A stretch of 63,165 nt of DNA, filler included. It is 5 parts of 5 records of this genome, joined end to end, with 100 filler letters (N's around TTAATTAATTAA, not from the genome) between each part and the next. Parts side by side here need not be neighbours in the genome. Positions count along the whole stretch, not along the records: positions 36,304 to 53,963 come from SRR33789315_43; positions 54,064 to 60,339 come from SRR33789315_56; 3 more parts are not named here. One strand, given 5' to 3'. The notes under the pieces were generated by a model. The model saw only the letters and a list, made by a program, of their open reading frames with translations, searched no databases and was not told the origin of the DNA. Of this stretch, positions 46,476-57,053 are shown in pieces (position 1 is the stretch's first letter; each line of letters starts with the position of its first letter). Position numbers and translations under genes: made by a program.

Positions 46476-48488
46476 ATGCATTTACCTTTACTACCCGACA
46501 TTGTTATTATTCTGGGCGCTTCTATGCTCATAGTTTTACTTTTTCAGAAACTAAAACTCCCATCAATACTAGGTTTTCTTCTTACAGGAATATTGGTTGG
46601 ACCCCATGGGTTAAACCTTATAGAAGCTATAGAAGAAGTAGAATTACTTTCAGAAATAGGCATTATTTTTCTGCTCTTTGTAATCGGAATTGAATTCTCC
46701 TTAAAAGGACTTTCAAGTATTAAACGAACCGTATTTATAGGCGGGGGCATACAGGTAAGCGTAACCATAGCTTTGGTATGCTTAGCAAGTTATTATTTGC
46801 TTAATTTAAGTTTAGAGTCCTCAATTTTTATGGGCTTTTTACTTTCGCTAAGTAGTACCGCCATTGTGCTAAAAATGCTCCAAGAAAATGGCGAAATCAG
46901 CTCTCCTCACGGTAGGGTTACAGTAGCTATTTTAATATTTCAAGATTTGGTGGTGGTAGTAATGATGTTACTTACCCCAATATTGGCCGGACAAACCGCT
47001 AACCCAGTTAATACCTTGCTTTTGTTATTGGTGAAAGTCATTGGGGTAGTTGTTTTCATCATTCTTTTAGCCAAATACATAGTGCCCTTACTCTACCGAT
47101 TAGTAGTAAAAACCAAGAGCAAGGAACTGTTTATTTTAACCACCGTGGTAATTTGTTTTGCTACAGCTTGGCTAACTTCATCTGTAGGATTATCACTTGC
47201 TTTAGGAGCATTTTTTGCCGGATTGGTGATTTCAGAATCGGAATACAGTCACCAAGCAAATGCCAACATTTTACCTTTTAGAGAAATTTTCATCAGTTTC
47301 TTTTTTGTATCGGTTGGGATGCTGCTAAACCTAGAGTTTTTCGTAAAACACCTGCTTATAATTCACATAGCCGCATTGGGCATTTTAATTCTAAAATCTA
47401 TCATTGTGGTTATAGCGGTTATGGTTCTCAGATACCCTATTAAAACAGTTTTACTATCTGCATTAAGTATATTCCAAGTAGGTGAATTTGCGTTTTTACT
47501 ATCGGCTACTGGTATGGAATACAACTTACTTTCCGAAGAAACTTACCAGTACTTCTTATCCATTTCTATCATTACTATGGGGGCTACACCGTTTGTAATA
47601 AACTATGCCCCAAGAATGGTAAAAAATATTTTACTAACCCCACTTCCTAAAAACGTAAAATCAAGACTTAACGGCATGGCAAAAGTTAAATCTTTAAGTA
47701 CGGCCGATATCCAAGAAACTTGTCATGATCACATTGTAATTATTGGTTATGGATTAAATGGAGAAAATGTAGCCAAAGCGGCAAAGCAAATTGGTTTAGA
47801 TTATGTAATCATTGAATTAGATCCCATTAGAATTGCTAAAGGAAAAGCCGAAAATCATCCAATAATTTATGGTGATGCTACCGATGATGAAATACTAAGA
47901 CATGTAAATATTCACGAAGCCAGAGTAGTTGTTGTGGCCATTTCTGAAATAGAGAATACCAAAAAGATTATTAGTACGGTTAGGTTATTTTCCGAGACCG
48001 TACACCTTATAGTGCGTACCCGATACATAAGACAAATTGAAGAATTAATAACACTTGGGGCCGATGAAGTAATACCTGAAGAGTTTGAAACATCGATAGA
48101 AATATTTACGCGGGTTTTAAAAGAATATCTTATTCCTCTAGATAAGATAGATGCCTTTGTAAGCGAAATAAGATCGCACAACTACGAAATGCTTAGAGGA
48201 TTACCTGGCATAAAAAGTAAACTTAAAAAGCACAATAACATTACCATACCCGATATGGAAATTGCTACTTTACCGGTGCAACAAGGAAAAAACAAGGTGG
48301 TTGGCAAAAGCATTGGTGAATCTGAGTTAAGAAGCAACTTCGGAGTAACGGTTTTAGCCATTAAAAGAAACGATGAATACCTTACCGACATTAATGAGGA
48401 AAACAAAATATTAGCTGATGACATCCTTTATGTTTTTGGTAAACACGATGATATTTATAAGCTCAACAAGCATTTTCAATTCAACTAA
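46476..48488 (+). CDS. CPA2 cation:proton antiporter with TrkA-N/TrkA-C domains
   Basis: LSSTAIV, FQDL, IIGYG, YGDA, RCK-C. Confidence 0.9.
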   Translation: MHLPLLPDIVIILGASMLIVLLFQKLKLPSILGFLLTGILVGPHGLNLIEAIEEVELLSEIGIIFLLFVIGIEFSLKGLSSIKRTVFIGGGIQVSVTIALVCLASYYLLNLSLESSIFMGFLLSLSSTAIVLKMLQENGEISSPHGRVTVAILIFQDLVVVVMMLLTPILAGQTANPVNTLLLLLVKVIGVVVFIILLAKYIVPLLYRLVVKTKSKELFILTTVVICFATAWLTSSVGLSLALGAFFAGLVISESEYSHQANANILPFREIFISFFFVSVGMLLNLEFFVKHLLIIHIAALGILILKSIIVVIAVMVLRYPIKTVLLSALSIFQVGEFAFLLSATGMEYNLLSEETYQYFLSISIITMGATPFVINYAPRMVKNILLTPLPKNVKSRLNGMAKVKSLSTADIQETCHDHIVIIGYGLNGENVAKAAKQIGLDYVIIELDPIRIAKGKAENHPIIYGDATDDEILRHVNIHEARVVVVAISEIENTKKIISTVRLFSETVHLIVRTRYIRQIEELITLGADEVIPEEFETSIEIFTRVLKEYLIPLDKIDAFVSEIRSHNYEMLRGLPGIKSKLKKHNNITIPDMEIATLPVQQGKNKVVGKSIGESELRSNFGVTVLAIKRNDEYLTDINEENKILADDILYVFGKHDDIYKLNKHFQFN

Positions 48489-48562
48489 ATAAAAAAATTC
48501 GACATCCACATAGTTGGTCTATAGTAAATAAGGAAGAGTTGTTTGAATGGATGATGAAATAA

Positions 48563-50353
48563 TTAGTACAAGTTAGCCTCGGCTATCTTCTTTTCTTTTT
48601 CGGGTCTAGAGATTTCTCCTTTCAGATACTTTTCTATCATCAAACTAGAGATTGGTGCTGCCCAAGTACTACCAAATCCTACATTTTCTACATACACGGC
48701 AACCGCAATTTTAGGATCATCTTTCGGTGCAAAAGCAATAAAAATAGAATGGTCTTTACCATGCGGGTTTTGGGCCGTACCTGTTTTTCCACATACCGGA
48801 ATTTCTTTATCAAAGTCTACCCCATAACCAGTACCCGACTTTACCACATTACGCATACCAGTAACTACTTTTTCGAAATGTTCTTTATCAATGTCAACAT
48901 CAAACCTTTCGAAGTTCAATGTGGTATCGCTAATATTTTTAACCAAATGCGGCTTAATGTAAAACCCACGATTAGCCAAAATAGCACAGTAATTAGCCAT
49001 TTGTAATGGAGTAACTCCTAGTTCTCCTTGCCCAATAGCTAACGAAATAATGGTACTTGAATACCAAGAGCCCTTTCCGTAAATTCTATTGAAGTAAGAA
49101 TTCTGAGGTACAAAACCTGGGCTTTCATTTGGTAAATCTATGCCCAAGCGATCACCTAAACCGAATTGCTTAAGATAGTTGGTCCAAACCTTATAAGATG
49201 TCTCCGTGTTTTTGTACTTATCTAGGATTAATTTAAATGCATTACAGTAAAAGCCATTACAAGAAGTTTGAATGGAATAATTAAAATCAACCGGATTTCT
49301 GTGCGCATGACAGCCAACTTTTCCGCCAGGATAGTAATAACCTCTATTACAAGTCACTTTACTATTGGTATCTAATACGCCTTCTTGTAAACCAATTAAT
49401 GCATTGATTAACTTGAAGGTACTTCCCGGAGGATATTTAGACATTAAAGCCCTATTAAACAATGGGTTAAGTGTATCGTTTAATAATTTCATGTAGTTGC
49501 TTCCCCGTACTCTACCAATCAATAAATTAGGATCGTAAGTAGGGTTAGTTAACATGGTAAGCACCTCGCCAGTTTTAGGTTCTATGGCAACAACAGCTCC
49601 TTTTTTGTTCTGCATTAAATACTCGGCATAGGCCTGCAAGTCAGCATCAATGGTTGACGTAATGTTTTTACCCGCTACCGATTTTTTATCATACTCACCA
49701 TCCTGGAACTTGCCTCGTCGGTTATTATGTACATCAACCACCACATAATTCACCCCTTTTTCACCTCTCAGAACATCCTCATATTTTCTTTCTAAACCAT
49801 TGGCACCAATGTAGTCTCCCTTTTGGTAATAATCGTTTTTCTCAATAATTCTGGGCGATACTTCAGAAATATAACCCATGGTATGCGCTGCAATTCTGTA
49901 TGGATAGTTTCTTAAGGTACGCGGCTGGCCATAAATGCCTTTATATTTATACAGTTTTTCAGAAATTCGGGCGTATTCGTCGGCAGGAATTTGCTTAACC
50001 AATGAAGATGCTTTTTTGCGAGAATACTTCTTACAATCGGCCAGTTTATTTTTAAAATCAGTAAGGCTTAACCCCACCATTTCGGCAAAAGCCAAGCTAT
50101 CTTTAACCTCAAACTGTTCGGGCACCACCATGAGGTCGTAAACTGGGGTGTTGGCAACCAAAATGTTACCATTTCTATCGTAAACTAACCCTCTTGAAGG
50201 ATACTTAACCACTTGCCTTTCCGACATGTTGGCTGCTGCTTCTTTCCAATTTTTTTGAACAACTTGAAGAAAAAACAAACGAATTACGAATAGCAAACTA
50301 ATGCTACCTATTAGTATAAGTAAGGTATTTCTTCTAGATTCAGGTGAAAACAA
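48563..50353 (-). CDS. mrdA: Penicillin-binding protein 2
   Basis: PPGSTFK, SCN, KTGT; downstream of mreD. Confidence 0.93.
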   Translation of the reverse strand: MFSPESRRNTLLILIGSISLLFVIRLFFLQVVQKNWKEAAANMSERQVVKYPSRGLVYDRNGNILVANTPVYDLMVVPEQFEVKDSLAFAEMVGLSLTDFKNKLADCKKYSRKKASSLVKQIPADEYARISEKLYKYKGIYGQPRTLRNYPYRIAAHTMGYISEVSPRIIEKNDYYQKGDYIGANGLERKYEDVLRGEKGVNYVVVDVHNNRRGKFQDGEYDKKSVAGKNITSTIDADLQAYAEYLMQNKKGAVVAIEPKTGEVLTMLTNPTYDPNLLIGRVRGSNYMKLLNDTLNPLFNRALMSKYPPGSTFKLINALIGLQEGVLDTNSKVTCNRGYYYPGGKVGCHAHRNPVDFNYSIQTSCNGFYCNAFKLILDKYKNTETSYKVWTNYLKQFGLGDRLGIDLPNESPGFVPQNSYFNRIYGKGSWYSSTIISLAIGQGELGVTPLQMANYCAILANRGFYIKPHLVKNISDTTLNFERFDVDIDKEHFEKVVTGMRNVVKSGTGYGVDFDKEIPVCGKTGTAQNPHGKDHSIFIAFAPKDDPKIAVAVYVENVGFGSTWAAPISSLMIEKYLKGEISRPEKEKKIAEANLY

Positions 50354-50356
50354 AGT

Positions 50357-50875
50357 CTATCTTCTTTTTTGCTTTTTGTTTGGAAACAGCAACATTATTA
50401 ACGCTATAAAAATAACGCTAAGTATGGTAGAAATTAAAGCCTTTAGTTGAAACAAGAAAAAGCCCGAAAAAGAAAAATGGGTAATGTTATACAGGCATAG
50501 CATAAACACCAAAGTCGGCACTAAGGCAAACAGCAAAGCCCTAACCATTACAAAATCTCTAATTCCTGATTTATTTACATCTACCTCTTCTTTTGAGAAT
50601 AAAAACTTTCCGTAAAGCGGAGTAATGTAAGCCCCTACACTCATAGAGAAAGTATACAAGCCATAGGTACCATCGAAGCTATCGGCAATTAAACCGCTTA
50701 CAAAAGCCATGGCAATTAGCTGTACCCTATTGGCTGTAAGAGGCGCTGCTAAAAAAACGAATGGTAAAATGTTAATGTGGGCCATAGATCCAAACAAATT
50801 GAACTTGTTTAGAAACAGCATTTGAGCCAAAAGCAAAACAAAAAAGTTTATGACATACCTAACAACCCAATTCAT
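50357..50875 (-). CDS. mreD: Rod shape-determining protein MreD
   Basis: Polytopic membrane protein between mreC and mrdA. Confidence 0.8.
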   Translation of the reverse strand: MNWVVRYVINFFVLLLAQMLFLNKFNLFGSMAHINILPFVFLAAPLTANRVQLIAMAFVSGLIADSFDGTYGLYTFSMSVGAYITPLYGKFLFSKEEVDVNKSGIRDFVMVRALLFALVPTLVFMLCLYNITHFSFSGFFLFQLKALISTILSVIFIALIMLLFPNKKQKRR

Positions 50876-51687
50876 AATTCTATTTGGCTTTCTTCAATTA
50901 ATGAATCTAACTCTTGGCGTTGGTAATCTTCTACCCAATAAACATACCTCAGTTTGGCGTAGTTCTCAAACAAACGAATTCTGATATCTAAATAATTTTC
51001 GCCTTCAATTTTATCTACATAGCTTACCGTACCTAAAGGGATGTCTCTTGGATAAACACTCCCGCCTCTTGAAATAAGTGTATCGCCAACTTGTATATCA
51101 GCATAGTTTGCTACGTCGGCTAATACCATTTCTGTACTGTACTTGGCATCCCATTTTAGTATCCCGAAATATCCTTTATCCTTTATTTCGGCTGCTGCAC
51201 GAAATCTTTCATTTAAAGCTGGTAAAACCAAAGAATAAGATCGGCTAGTAGAAGAAACTACTCCTACCAAAGCACTATCCGAAACTATTGCAACGCCTTC
51301 TTTTAGGCCTGCTGCTTCGCCTTTATTAATTACAAAATAGTTGTTGCTTTTGTTGATGGTACTGTTTACAATTTGGCAAGGGTGATAAATTTTGTTGGCC
51401 GAAACTGTATCTGCAAAATTCACAGGTTTTTCGGCATACATCATCAACAAATTGCGCAATGCCGTGTTTTCGTCAAGCAATCTTTTACTCTCTTGTGGTA
51501 AATTAAAAAACTGCGTTACGGAATTACGTACACTATACATGGAGCTAGCAACCGACCCCATAGATTTAAAAAATACAGTTTGATGGCTACCGCTAAAATT
51601 GTTCAACAAATTTAACGACACCAAAACACAAAGAATTAAAATCCATTCTGGCAGGAAGCGACTAAGAATTAGAAAAATGTTTTTCAT
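50872..51687 (-). CDS. mreC: Rod shape-determining protein MreC
   Basis: TM, coiled coil, INKG...G, LVG; follows mreB. Confidence 0.9.
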   Translation of the reverse strand: MKNIFLILSRFLPEWILILCVLVSLNLLNNFSGSHQTVFFKSMGSVASSMYSVRNSVTQFFNLPQESKRLLDENTALRNLLMMYAEKPVNFADTVSANKIYHPCQIVNSTINKSNNYFVINKGEAAGLKEGVAIVSDSALVGVVSSTSRSYSLVLPALNERFRAAAEIKDKGYFGILKWDAKYSTEMVLADVANYADIQVGDTLISRGGSVYPRDIPLGTVSYVDKIEGENYLDIRIRLFENYAKLRYVYWVEDYQRQELDSLIEESQIEL

Positions 51688-51704
51688 TTCCTGCTAAAGC
51701 AATT

Positions 51705-52721
51705 CTAATCTTTCATTAAGAAAGGGTAACGATCTATGTTTTTAAGCGCTATACCAGTACCTCTAGCAACTGCTCTTAATGGATCTTCGGCAATGTGTAC
51801 TTTCAGTCTTGTTCTGGCAGATATACGCTTATCTAAACCTCTTAACATGGCACCACCACCTGCTAAATAAATACCTGTTTTATATATGTCTGCAGATAAT
51901 TCTGGCGGAGTCATTTCAAGAGCAGAAAGAATGGCTTCCTCAATTTTTGAAATAGACTTATCCAATGCCAAAGCGATTTCGGAATAAGAAACTTTAATTT
52001 GTTTCGGTACCCCTGTCATTAAGTCTCTACCTCTTACATCAAAATCTTCTGGTGGCGTTTCTAACTCAGTTAGTGCCGATCCTACTTCAATTTTAATTTG
52101 CTCAGCAGTACGTTCACCAACTAATATGTTATGCTGACGACGCATATACTCTTCAATGTCATTGGTAAACTCATCACCAGCAACTCTTATAGATTTATCA
52201 CAAACGATACCTCCTAAAGAAATTACAGCAATTTCCGATGTTCCTCCTCCTATATCGATAATCATGTTACCCATAGGTTCTTCAACATCTATACCTATAC
52301 CTATTGCCGCAGCCATAGGTTCGTGTATCAAGTAAACCTCTTTTGCACCTGCATGCTCAGCAGAATCTTTTACCGCACGTTTCTCTACCTCAGTAATACC
52401 AGAAGGGATACATACCACCATCTTTAGTGATGGAGTAAACCATTTTTTCTTGGTACTAATGAGTTTTATCATACCACGTATCATGTGCTCTGCAGCATAA
52501 AAATCTGCAATAACCCCATCTTTAAGTGGACGAATTGTTTTTATGTTTTCGTGTGCTTTTCCATGCATTTGCTGCGCCTTACGACCAATGGCGATAACCT
52601 TATTTGATCGTCTGTCTTGCGCAACTATAGAAGGCTCATCTACAACTACCTTATCATTGTAGATAATCAGCGTATTTGCTGTACCTAAGTCAATTGCAAT
52701 TTCTTGAGTAAAAAATCCCAT
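51705..52721 (-). CDS. mreB: Rod shape-determining protein MreB
   Basis: IAIDLGTANT, EPMAAAIG, DIGGGT. Confidence 0.97.
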   Translation of the reverse strand: MGFFTQEIAIDLGTANTLIIYNDKVVVDEPSIVAQDRRSNKVIAIGRKAQQMHGKAHENIKTIRPLKDGVIADFYAAEHMIRGMIKLISTKKKWFTPSLKMVVCIPSGITEVEKRAVKDSAEHAGAKEVYLIHEPMAAAIGIGIDVEEPMGNMIIDIGGGTSEIAVISLGGIVCDKSIRVAGDEFTNDIEEYMRRQHNILVGERTAEQIKIEVGSALTELETPPEDFDVRGRDLMTGVPKQIKVSYSEIALALDKSISKIEEAILSALEMTPPELSADIYKTGIYLAGGGAMLRGLDKRISARTRLKVHIAEDPLRAVARGTGIALKNIDRYPFLMKD

Positions 52722-52733
52722 TAAATATTTTTC

Positions 52734-53963
52734 TTAATGTTTGAAATGTCTTGTTCCTGTAGTTGCCATAGCCATTCCCAGTTTATTTGCGGCTTCTATA
52801 GACAATTCGTCTTTAATAGAACCTCCTGGTTGTACCACGGCAGCTATTTTTTCTTCGCCTGCAATCTCCACACAATCAGGGAAAGGGAAGAATGCGTCTG
52901 AAGCCATTACAGCTCCTTCTAAACCAAATCCAAAGCTCTTGGCTTTGTGTATGGCTTGTCTTAATGCATCTACTCTACTGGTTTGTCCAGTACCCGATGC
53001 TAAAAGCTGTTTACCTTTTGCCAATACTATGGCATTAGATTTAGTATGCTTAACAATTTTAGAGGCAAAAACTAAATCTTCTTTTTGCTCGGCCGTTAAT
53101 GCGGTTTCAGTTACTTGATTTAAATCATCAACCGTTTCGGTTTTATTATCTGGCTCTTGCACCAAATAACTACCTAAACACGAACGAACAGATATATTAT
53201 TGCTTGGATAAGATTTTGTTCTTAGAATTATCCTGTTTTTCTTACTGCTTAATTCAGCAATGGCTTCATCACTGTAACCAGGAGCTATTAAAACCTCAAA
53301 GAATAATTTGTTAATTTCTTTGGCAGTAGTAAGATTAACTTCAGTATTGGTTGCTAAAATTCCACCGAAAGCCGAAACTGGATCACCCGCAAGTGCATCA
53401 GCCCAAGCTTTATCAACGGTATCTCTTGTAGCTAAACCACAAGCATTGTTATGCTTAATTACAATAAAAGTTGGCTTATCATCTTTAAATTCCGAAATCA
53501 TAGACATGGCAGCGTCTACATCCAATAAATTGTTGAATGACAATTCTTTACCGTTCAATTTCTCAAAAACTTTATCTAAATCGCCGGCAAATCTTCCTTG
53601 TTGGTGAGGGTTTTCACCATATCTTAAAGTCTTGCTTTCTAGTTCAGAAATCTTAAGCTTGTTTAGTTGGTCGCCATCCTTATTGAACCAATTATGAATT
53701 TTGGTATCGTAATGAGATGACATGTTAAAAGCATCAGTAGCTAGTTGCTTTCTGTCTTCAACAGAAGTAGCACCCTTTTGCTCTTTTAACAAAGCAGTAA
53801 ATGATTCGTACTGACTGATGTTGCTAATAATGGCTGTATCCTTAAAGTTCTTTGCCGCAGCTCTAATTAAAGAAATACCGCCTATGTCAATTTTCTCAAT
53901 AATATCCTGATCGGCTGCACCAGATTCTACTGTTTTTTCAAAAGGATATAAATCAACCACTAC
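52734..53963 (-). CDS. purH: Bifunctional AICAR transformylase/IMP cyclohydrolase, 5'-truncated
   Basis: IDIGG, LRYGENPHQ, KHNNACG, ASDAFFPF, RHFKH. Confidence 0.96.
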   Translation of the reverse strand, partial: VVVDLYPFEKTVESGAADQDIIEKIDIGGISLIRAAAKNFKDTAIISNISQYESFTALLKEQKGATSVEDRKQLATDAFNMSSHYDTKIHNWFNKDGDQLNKLKISELESKTLRYGENPHQQGRFAGDLDKVFEKLNGKELSFNNLLDVDAAMSMISEFKDDKPTFIVIKHNNACGLATRDTVDKAWADALAGDPVSAFGGILATNTEVNLTTAKEINKLFFEVLIAPGYSDEAIAELSSKKNRIILRTKSYPSNNISVRSCLGSYLVQEPDNKTETVDDLNQVTETALTAEQKEDLVFASKIVKHTKSNAIVLAKGKQLLASGTGQTSRVDALRQAIHKAKSFGFGLEGAVMASDAFFPFPDCVEIAGEEKIAAVVQPGGSIKDELSIEAANKLGMAMATTGTRHFKH

Positions 53964-54063
53964 NNNNNNNNNNNNNNNNNNNNNNNNNNNNNNNNNNNNN
54001 NNNNNNNTTAATTAATTAANNNNNNNNNNNNNNNNNNNNNNNNNNNNNNNNNNNNNNNNNNNN
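53964..54063. other. Artificial contig linker
   Basis: Same N/TTAATTAATTAA/N pattern. Confidence 0.98.
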
Positions 54064-54193
54064 CTAGTATACTTATCCCTACAAAAGATCCAATAAATGA
54101 CCACCACAGTTCAATTGGTTCGAGTAAGGTTTCACGGTATATAACATACCTACTTATTCTATATCCCCTTTTTAATGTTTTCTTTTGTCTCAC
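54064..54193 (-). CDS. HPP family membrane protein, N-terminal fragment
   Basis: RYVIYRETL...WSFIGSFVGI; cut by contig end. Confidence 0.55.
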
Positions 54194-54228
54194 AAAATTA
54201 GGAATCCTAACAATGCGAGGCAAATTTT

Positions 54229-54462
54229 TTATCCTTGTAGATCAGCTATAGAGGCACCAAAATTTATGTGCAATACATTTCCATTTGGTGTCAATAATGC
54301 TGGAACGGATTTTACTCCTGCCTTTTTTGCCTCTTTAATTCGAGATTTGTCTTCACCAAAGTGAACAATTTCAACATTAGATTGACCCATTAAGTTTACA
54401 ATGTCATGTTCTGCACTTACGCATACCGGACATCCTGCGTGATAGAAAATTGATTTTTCCAT
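54229..54462 (-). CDS. Small thioredoxin-family protein
   Basis: HAGCPVC, VKSVPAL. Confidence 0.85.
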   Translation of the reverse strand: MEKSIFYHAGCPVCVSAEHDIVNLMGQSNVEIVHFGEDKSRIKEAKKAGVKSVPALLTPNGNVLHINFGASIADLQG

Positions 54463-54530
54463 TTCGTGTGGTTTAAATTAGTTATTAGGCAATATTGCCA
54501 CCGCTAATATAGTAAGGAACACTAACTATA

Positions 54531-55109
54531 TTAATTTAGATTTGTTTTTTTTCTAGCTAATTGTTCGGGTACTGTGTTGGCGCTTATTAAAACTTGAGCA
54601 ATAACTAAGAGAACAATAAGAATTGCCGTTTCAAAATAATACCCTGTCTCTTGGCTGTGTTTGGCTTTTTTAATCAGGGCCATTTGCTTTTTTGCCTCTT
54701 CAATTTGTATTTCTTCTAGTCTATACAGCGAATTTTTATGTTCTGCAATTTGTTGTTGAGTGAGTGAATTTCTATCTTTTATTTGCCTAATAATATCATC
54801 AGAAAACTTAAGGATCAAGTTTTTTTCTTCTGAGGTAAGTTTGGTGTTTAAATATTTTCGAGTAAGCTTTTTCGCAATAACTAAATGAGTATGTCCATTC
54901 GGTGTTAGTTGGAAATTATCGAGTAGGTTGTTGTAAGAAAACAATAGATCCTGAACCATTAACCGGTCTTCATATATAGATTGCACCGCTTCTCCTACCT
55001 TGCCTGATAATGTTTTTAGGCGGTAATTGCTTAAAAATACCACACCGCAAAGTACCAATAAAGTCAGTCCGGCTTGTATCTTGTTTTTTAGGCTGAATGT
55101 CCATTTCAT
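54531..55109 (-). CDS. MCP-type four-helix-bundle sensory domain protein, no output domain
   Basis: TM-SIYEDRL...TKLTSEE...IQIEE-TM. Confidence 0.7.
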   Translation of the reverse strand: MKWTFSLKNKIQAGLTLLVLCGVVFLSNYRLKTLSGKVGEAVQSIYEDRLMVQDLLFSYNNLLDNFQLTPNGHTHLVIAKKLTRKYLNTKLTSEEKNLILKFSDDIIRQIKDRNSLTQQQIAEHKNSLYRLEEIQIEEAKKQMALIKKAKHSQETGYYFETAILIVLLVIAQVLISANTVPEQLARKKTNLN

Positions 55110-55333
55110 AATTAAAGTTTGAAGTTGTTCTTCTATTTTTTTGTTGAATTATCCATCGTGTTACCTCAATACTTATGACAGATAGATTTTTTGAAAATAT
55201 TAGGTTTAATCAAAAATGGGTCTTCCAATATAGGTTGTAATGGTAAAGGAATAGGAATGCTACTTTTCAAATAGTAGTTTTTTCCTAGGTAAATACTGTG
55301 TTTTTAATGGTGCACGGTGTTGCTAACCTATGG

Positions 55334-56641
55334 TTAGGTACTAATTTTAGCGTACTTGTTAAATCGTAAAATACTGTAACCAAGAATTGCTGAAATAAAG
55401 GAGCCTATTAAAATTCCGATTTTTGCAGAATCTATTAACTCTGGCGATGAGCTAAATGCAAGACCAGCAATAAAAATAGCCATAGTAAAGCCAACTCCTG
55501 CCAAAAATGCAACACCTATTATATGGTATGTGTTTATTTCCTTAGGAATATCAATAAGCTTTAATTTTTTCGCAAAGAGTACTATAAGGCTTATCCCTAC
55601 GCTATTACCCGCTACTAAGCATAATACAATGTTTGATACAAGAGTATAATTTATGTCTGAATTATTGTTAAACGAAACACCAGCATTGGCTAAAGCAAAG
55701 ACAGGTAATACAAAGTAGGCTACCCAATTATGAAGCCTATGCTCTATATGTTGTAAAGGTGATTGATATTTGCTTGTCCAATTTTCAAGTTCATCAACAT
55801 GTTCAATTTGTTCCTTACTTAGTATAGGAAGTGCTGATTTTTTGGAATGTTTTATTTTATCAATAATTTCATTTAGTTTTTCAAGAAAGTCATTGGTTTT
55901 AGCTTTTTGTCGTACTGGAATAGAAAAGGCTAATAATATACCAGCAATAGTTGGATGTATACCAGATTTAAGAAATAGAAACCAAACTATAGCACCCACT
56001 ATTAAACTAAAGAATTTCGAAAAGAAGCTTCTGTAAGCTAAGTAGTATGCAATGATTAAAATAAATAGGGCAATACCTATGTACAGGAAGTTAATGTTGG
56101 CGCTATAGAAAATAGCGATTACAATTACAGCTCCTATATCATCTACAATGGCAAATGCTGTTAAGAAAAGTTTTAAACTGAGTGGTACTCTTTTTCCAAG
56201 TAAATTTAATATGGCCAATGAAAAAGCAATATCCGTTGCCATGGGGATACCCCAACCGCTTTCGGTGCTGGGAGTAGTGTTAAGTATTAGGTACAACAAT
56301 ACAGGGGTAAGCATGCCTCCTAAGGCACCAAAAAGAGGAAAAGAGATTTTTTTTATTGAGTTTAGATCTCCAATTAAAATTTCTCTTTTTATTTCTAGAC
56401 CAATTAAGAAAAAGAAAATACCCATCAGACCATCATTAACCCATAGTAGCAGAGGTTTGAATAAAGAAAAATCGCCTATTTTAAATCCAATTAATTGATT
56501 CCAAAAAAGGTTATAGCTATCAGAGTAGGAAGAATTTGCCCAAAATAAGGCAAGTAGGGTAGTGCAAAATAGCAATACCCCACCCATACTTTCTGTGCTT
56601 ACAAATCTCTCTAAAGGTGTAATGATTTTGTCTTTTATCAT
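55334..56641 (-). CDS. nhaA: Na+/H+ antiporter NhaA
   Basis: WVNDGLM, GWGIPMATDIAF, AIVDDIG, GVGFTM. Confidence 0.96.
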   Translation of the reverse strand: MIKDKIITPLERFVSTESMGGVLLFCTTLLALFWANSSYSDSYNLFWNQLIGFKIGDFSLFKPLLLWVNDGLMGIFFFLIGLEIKREILIGDLNSIKKISFPLFGALGGMLTPVLLYLILNTTPSTESGWGIPMATDIAFSLAILNLLGKRVPLSLKLFLTAFAIVDDIGAVIVIAIFYSANINFLYIGIALFILIIAYYLAYRSFFSKFFSLIVGAIVWFLFLKSGIHPTIAGILLAFSIPVRQKAKTNDFLEKLNEIIDKIKHSKKSALPILSKEQIEHVDELENWTSKYQSPLQHIEHRLHNWVAYFVLPVFALANAGVSFNNNSDINYTLVSNIVLCLVAGNSVGISLIVLFAKKLKLIDIPKEINTYHIIGVAFLAGVGFTMAIFIAGLAFSSSPELIDSAKIGILIGSFISAILGYSILRFNKYAKIST

Positions 56642-56656
56642 AAAAACAGCTAAGTG

Positions 56657-57052
56657 TTATGCTAAGATTTTATTTTTAACTTTTATAATTTTTATGGTTC
56701 TTTCACCAACAGGAAAGTTCCACTTTACTTCATCTCCTTCTGCATAGCCAATTATAGCAGAACCTATTGGCGATAATATAGAAAGTTTTTTCTTAAGTGG
56801 ATCGCGCTGAGATGGTACTACTAATTCGTAGTTTTCTAATAAGCCAAATGGGGTTTCTATATTAATCGTTGATTGGAATTTTACTATATCCTGCGGTAAG
56901 TCTTTTTCTTCTACAATTTTTACGTTTTCTAGCTCATTAATAAGAAGATTATAGTTGGCTTCACTCAATTCTGTGGACATATTCCAGTTTAAGAGTATCA
57001 ATTTTAATAAATCATAATCTCTTTTTGTAAGTATTAATTGACCGTATTTCAT
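56657..57052 (-). CDS. rnk: GreA/GreB-family Rnk-like protein
   Basis: Short N-helix, LSILSPIGSAIIGY. Confidence 0.8.
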   Translation of the reverse strand: MKYGQLILTKRDYDLLKLILLNWNMSTELSEANYNLLINELENVKIVEEKDLPQDIVKFQSTINIETPFGLLENYELVVPSQRDPLKKKLSILSPIGSAIIGYAEGDEVKWNFPVGERTIKIIKVKNKILA

Positions 57053-57053
57053 G

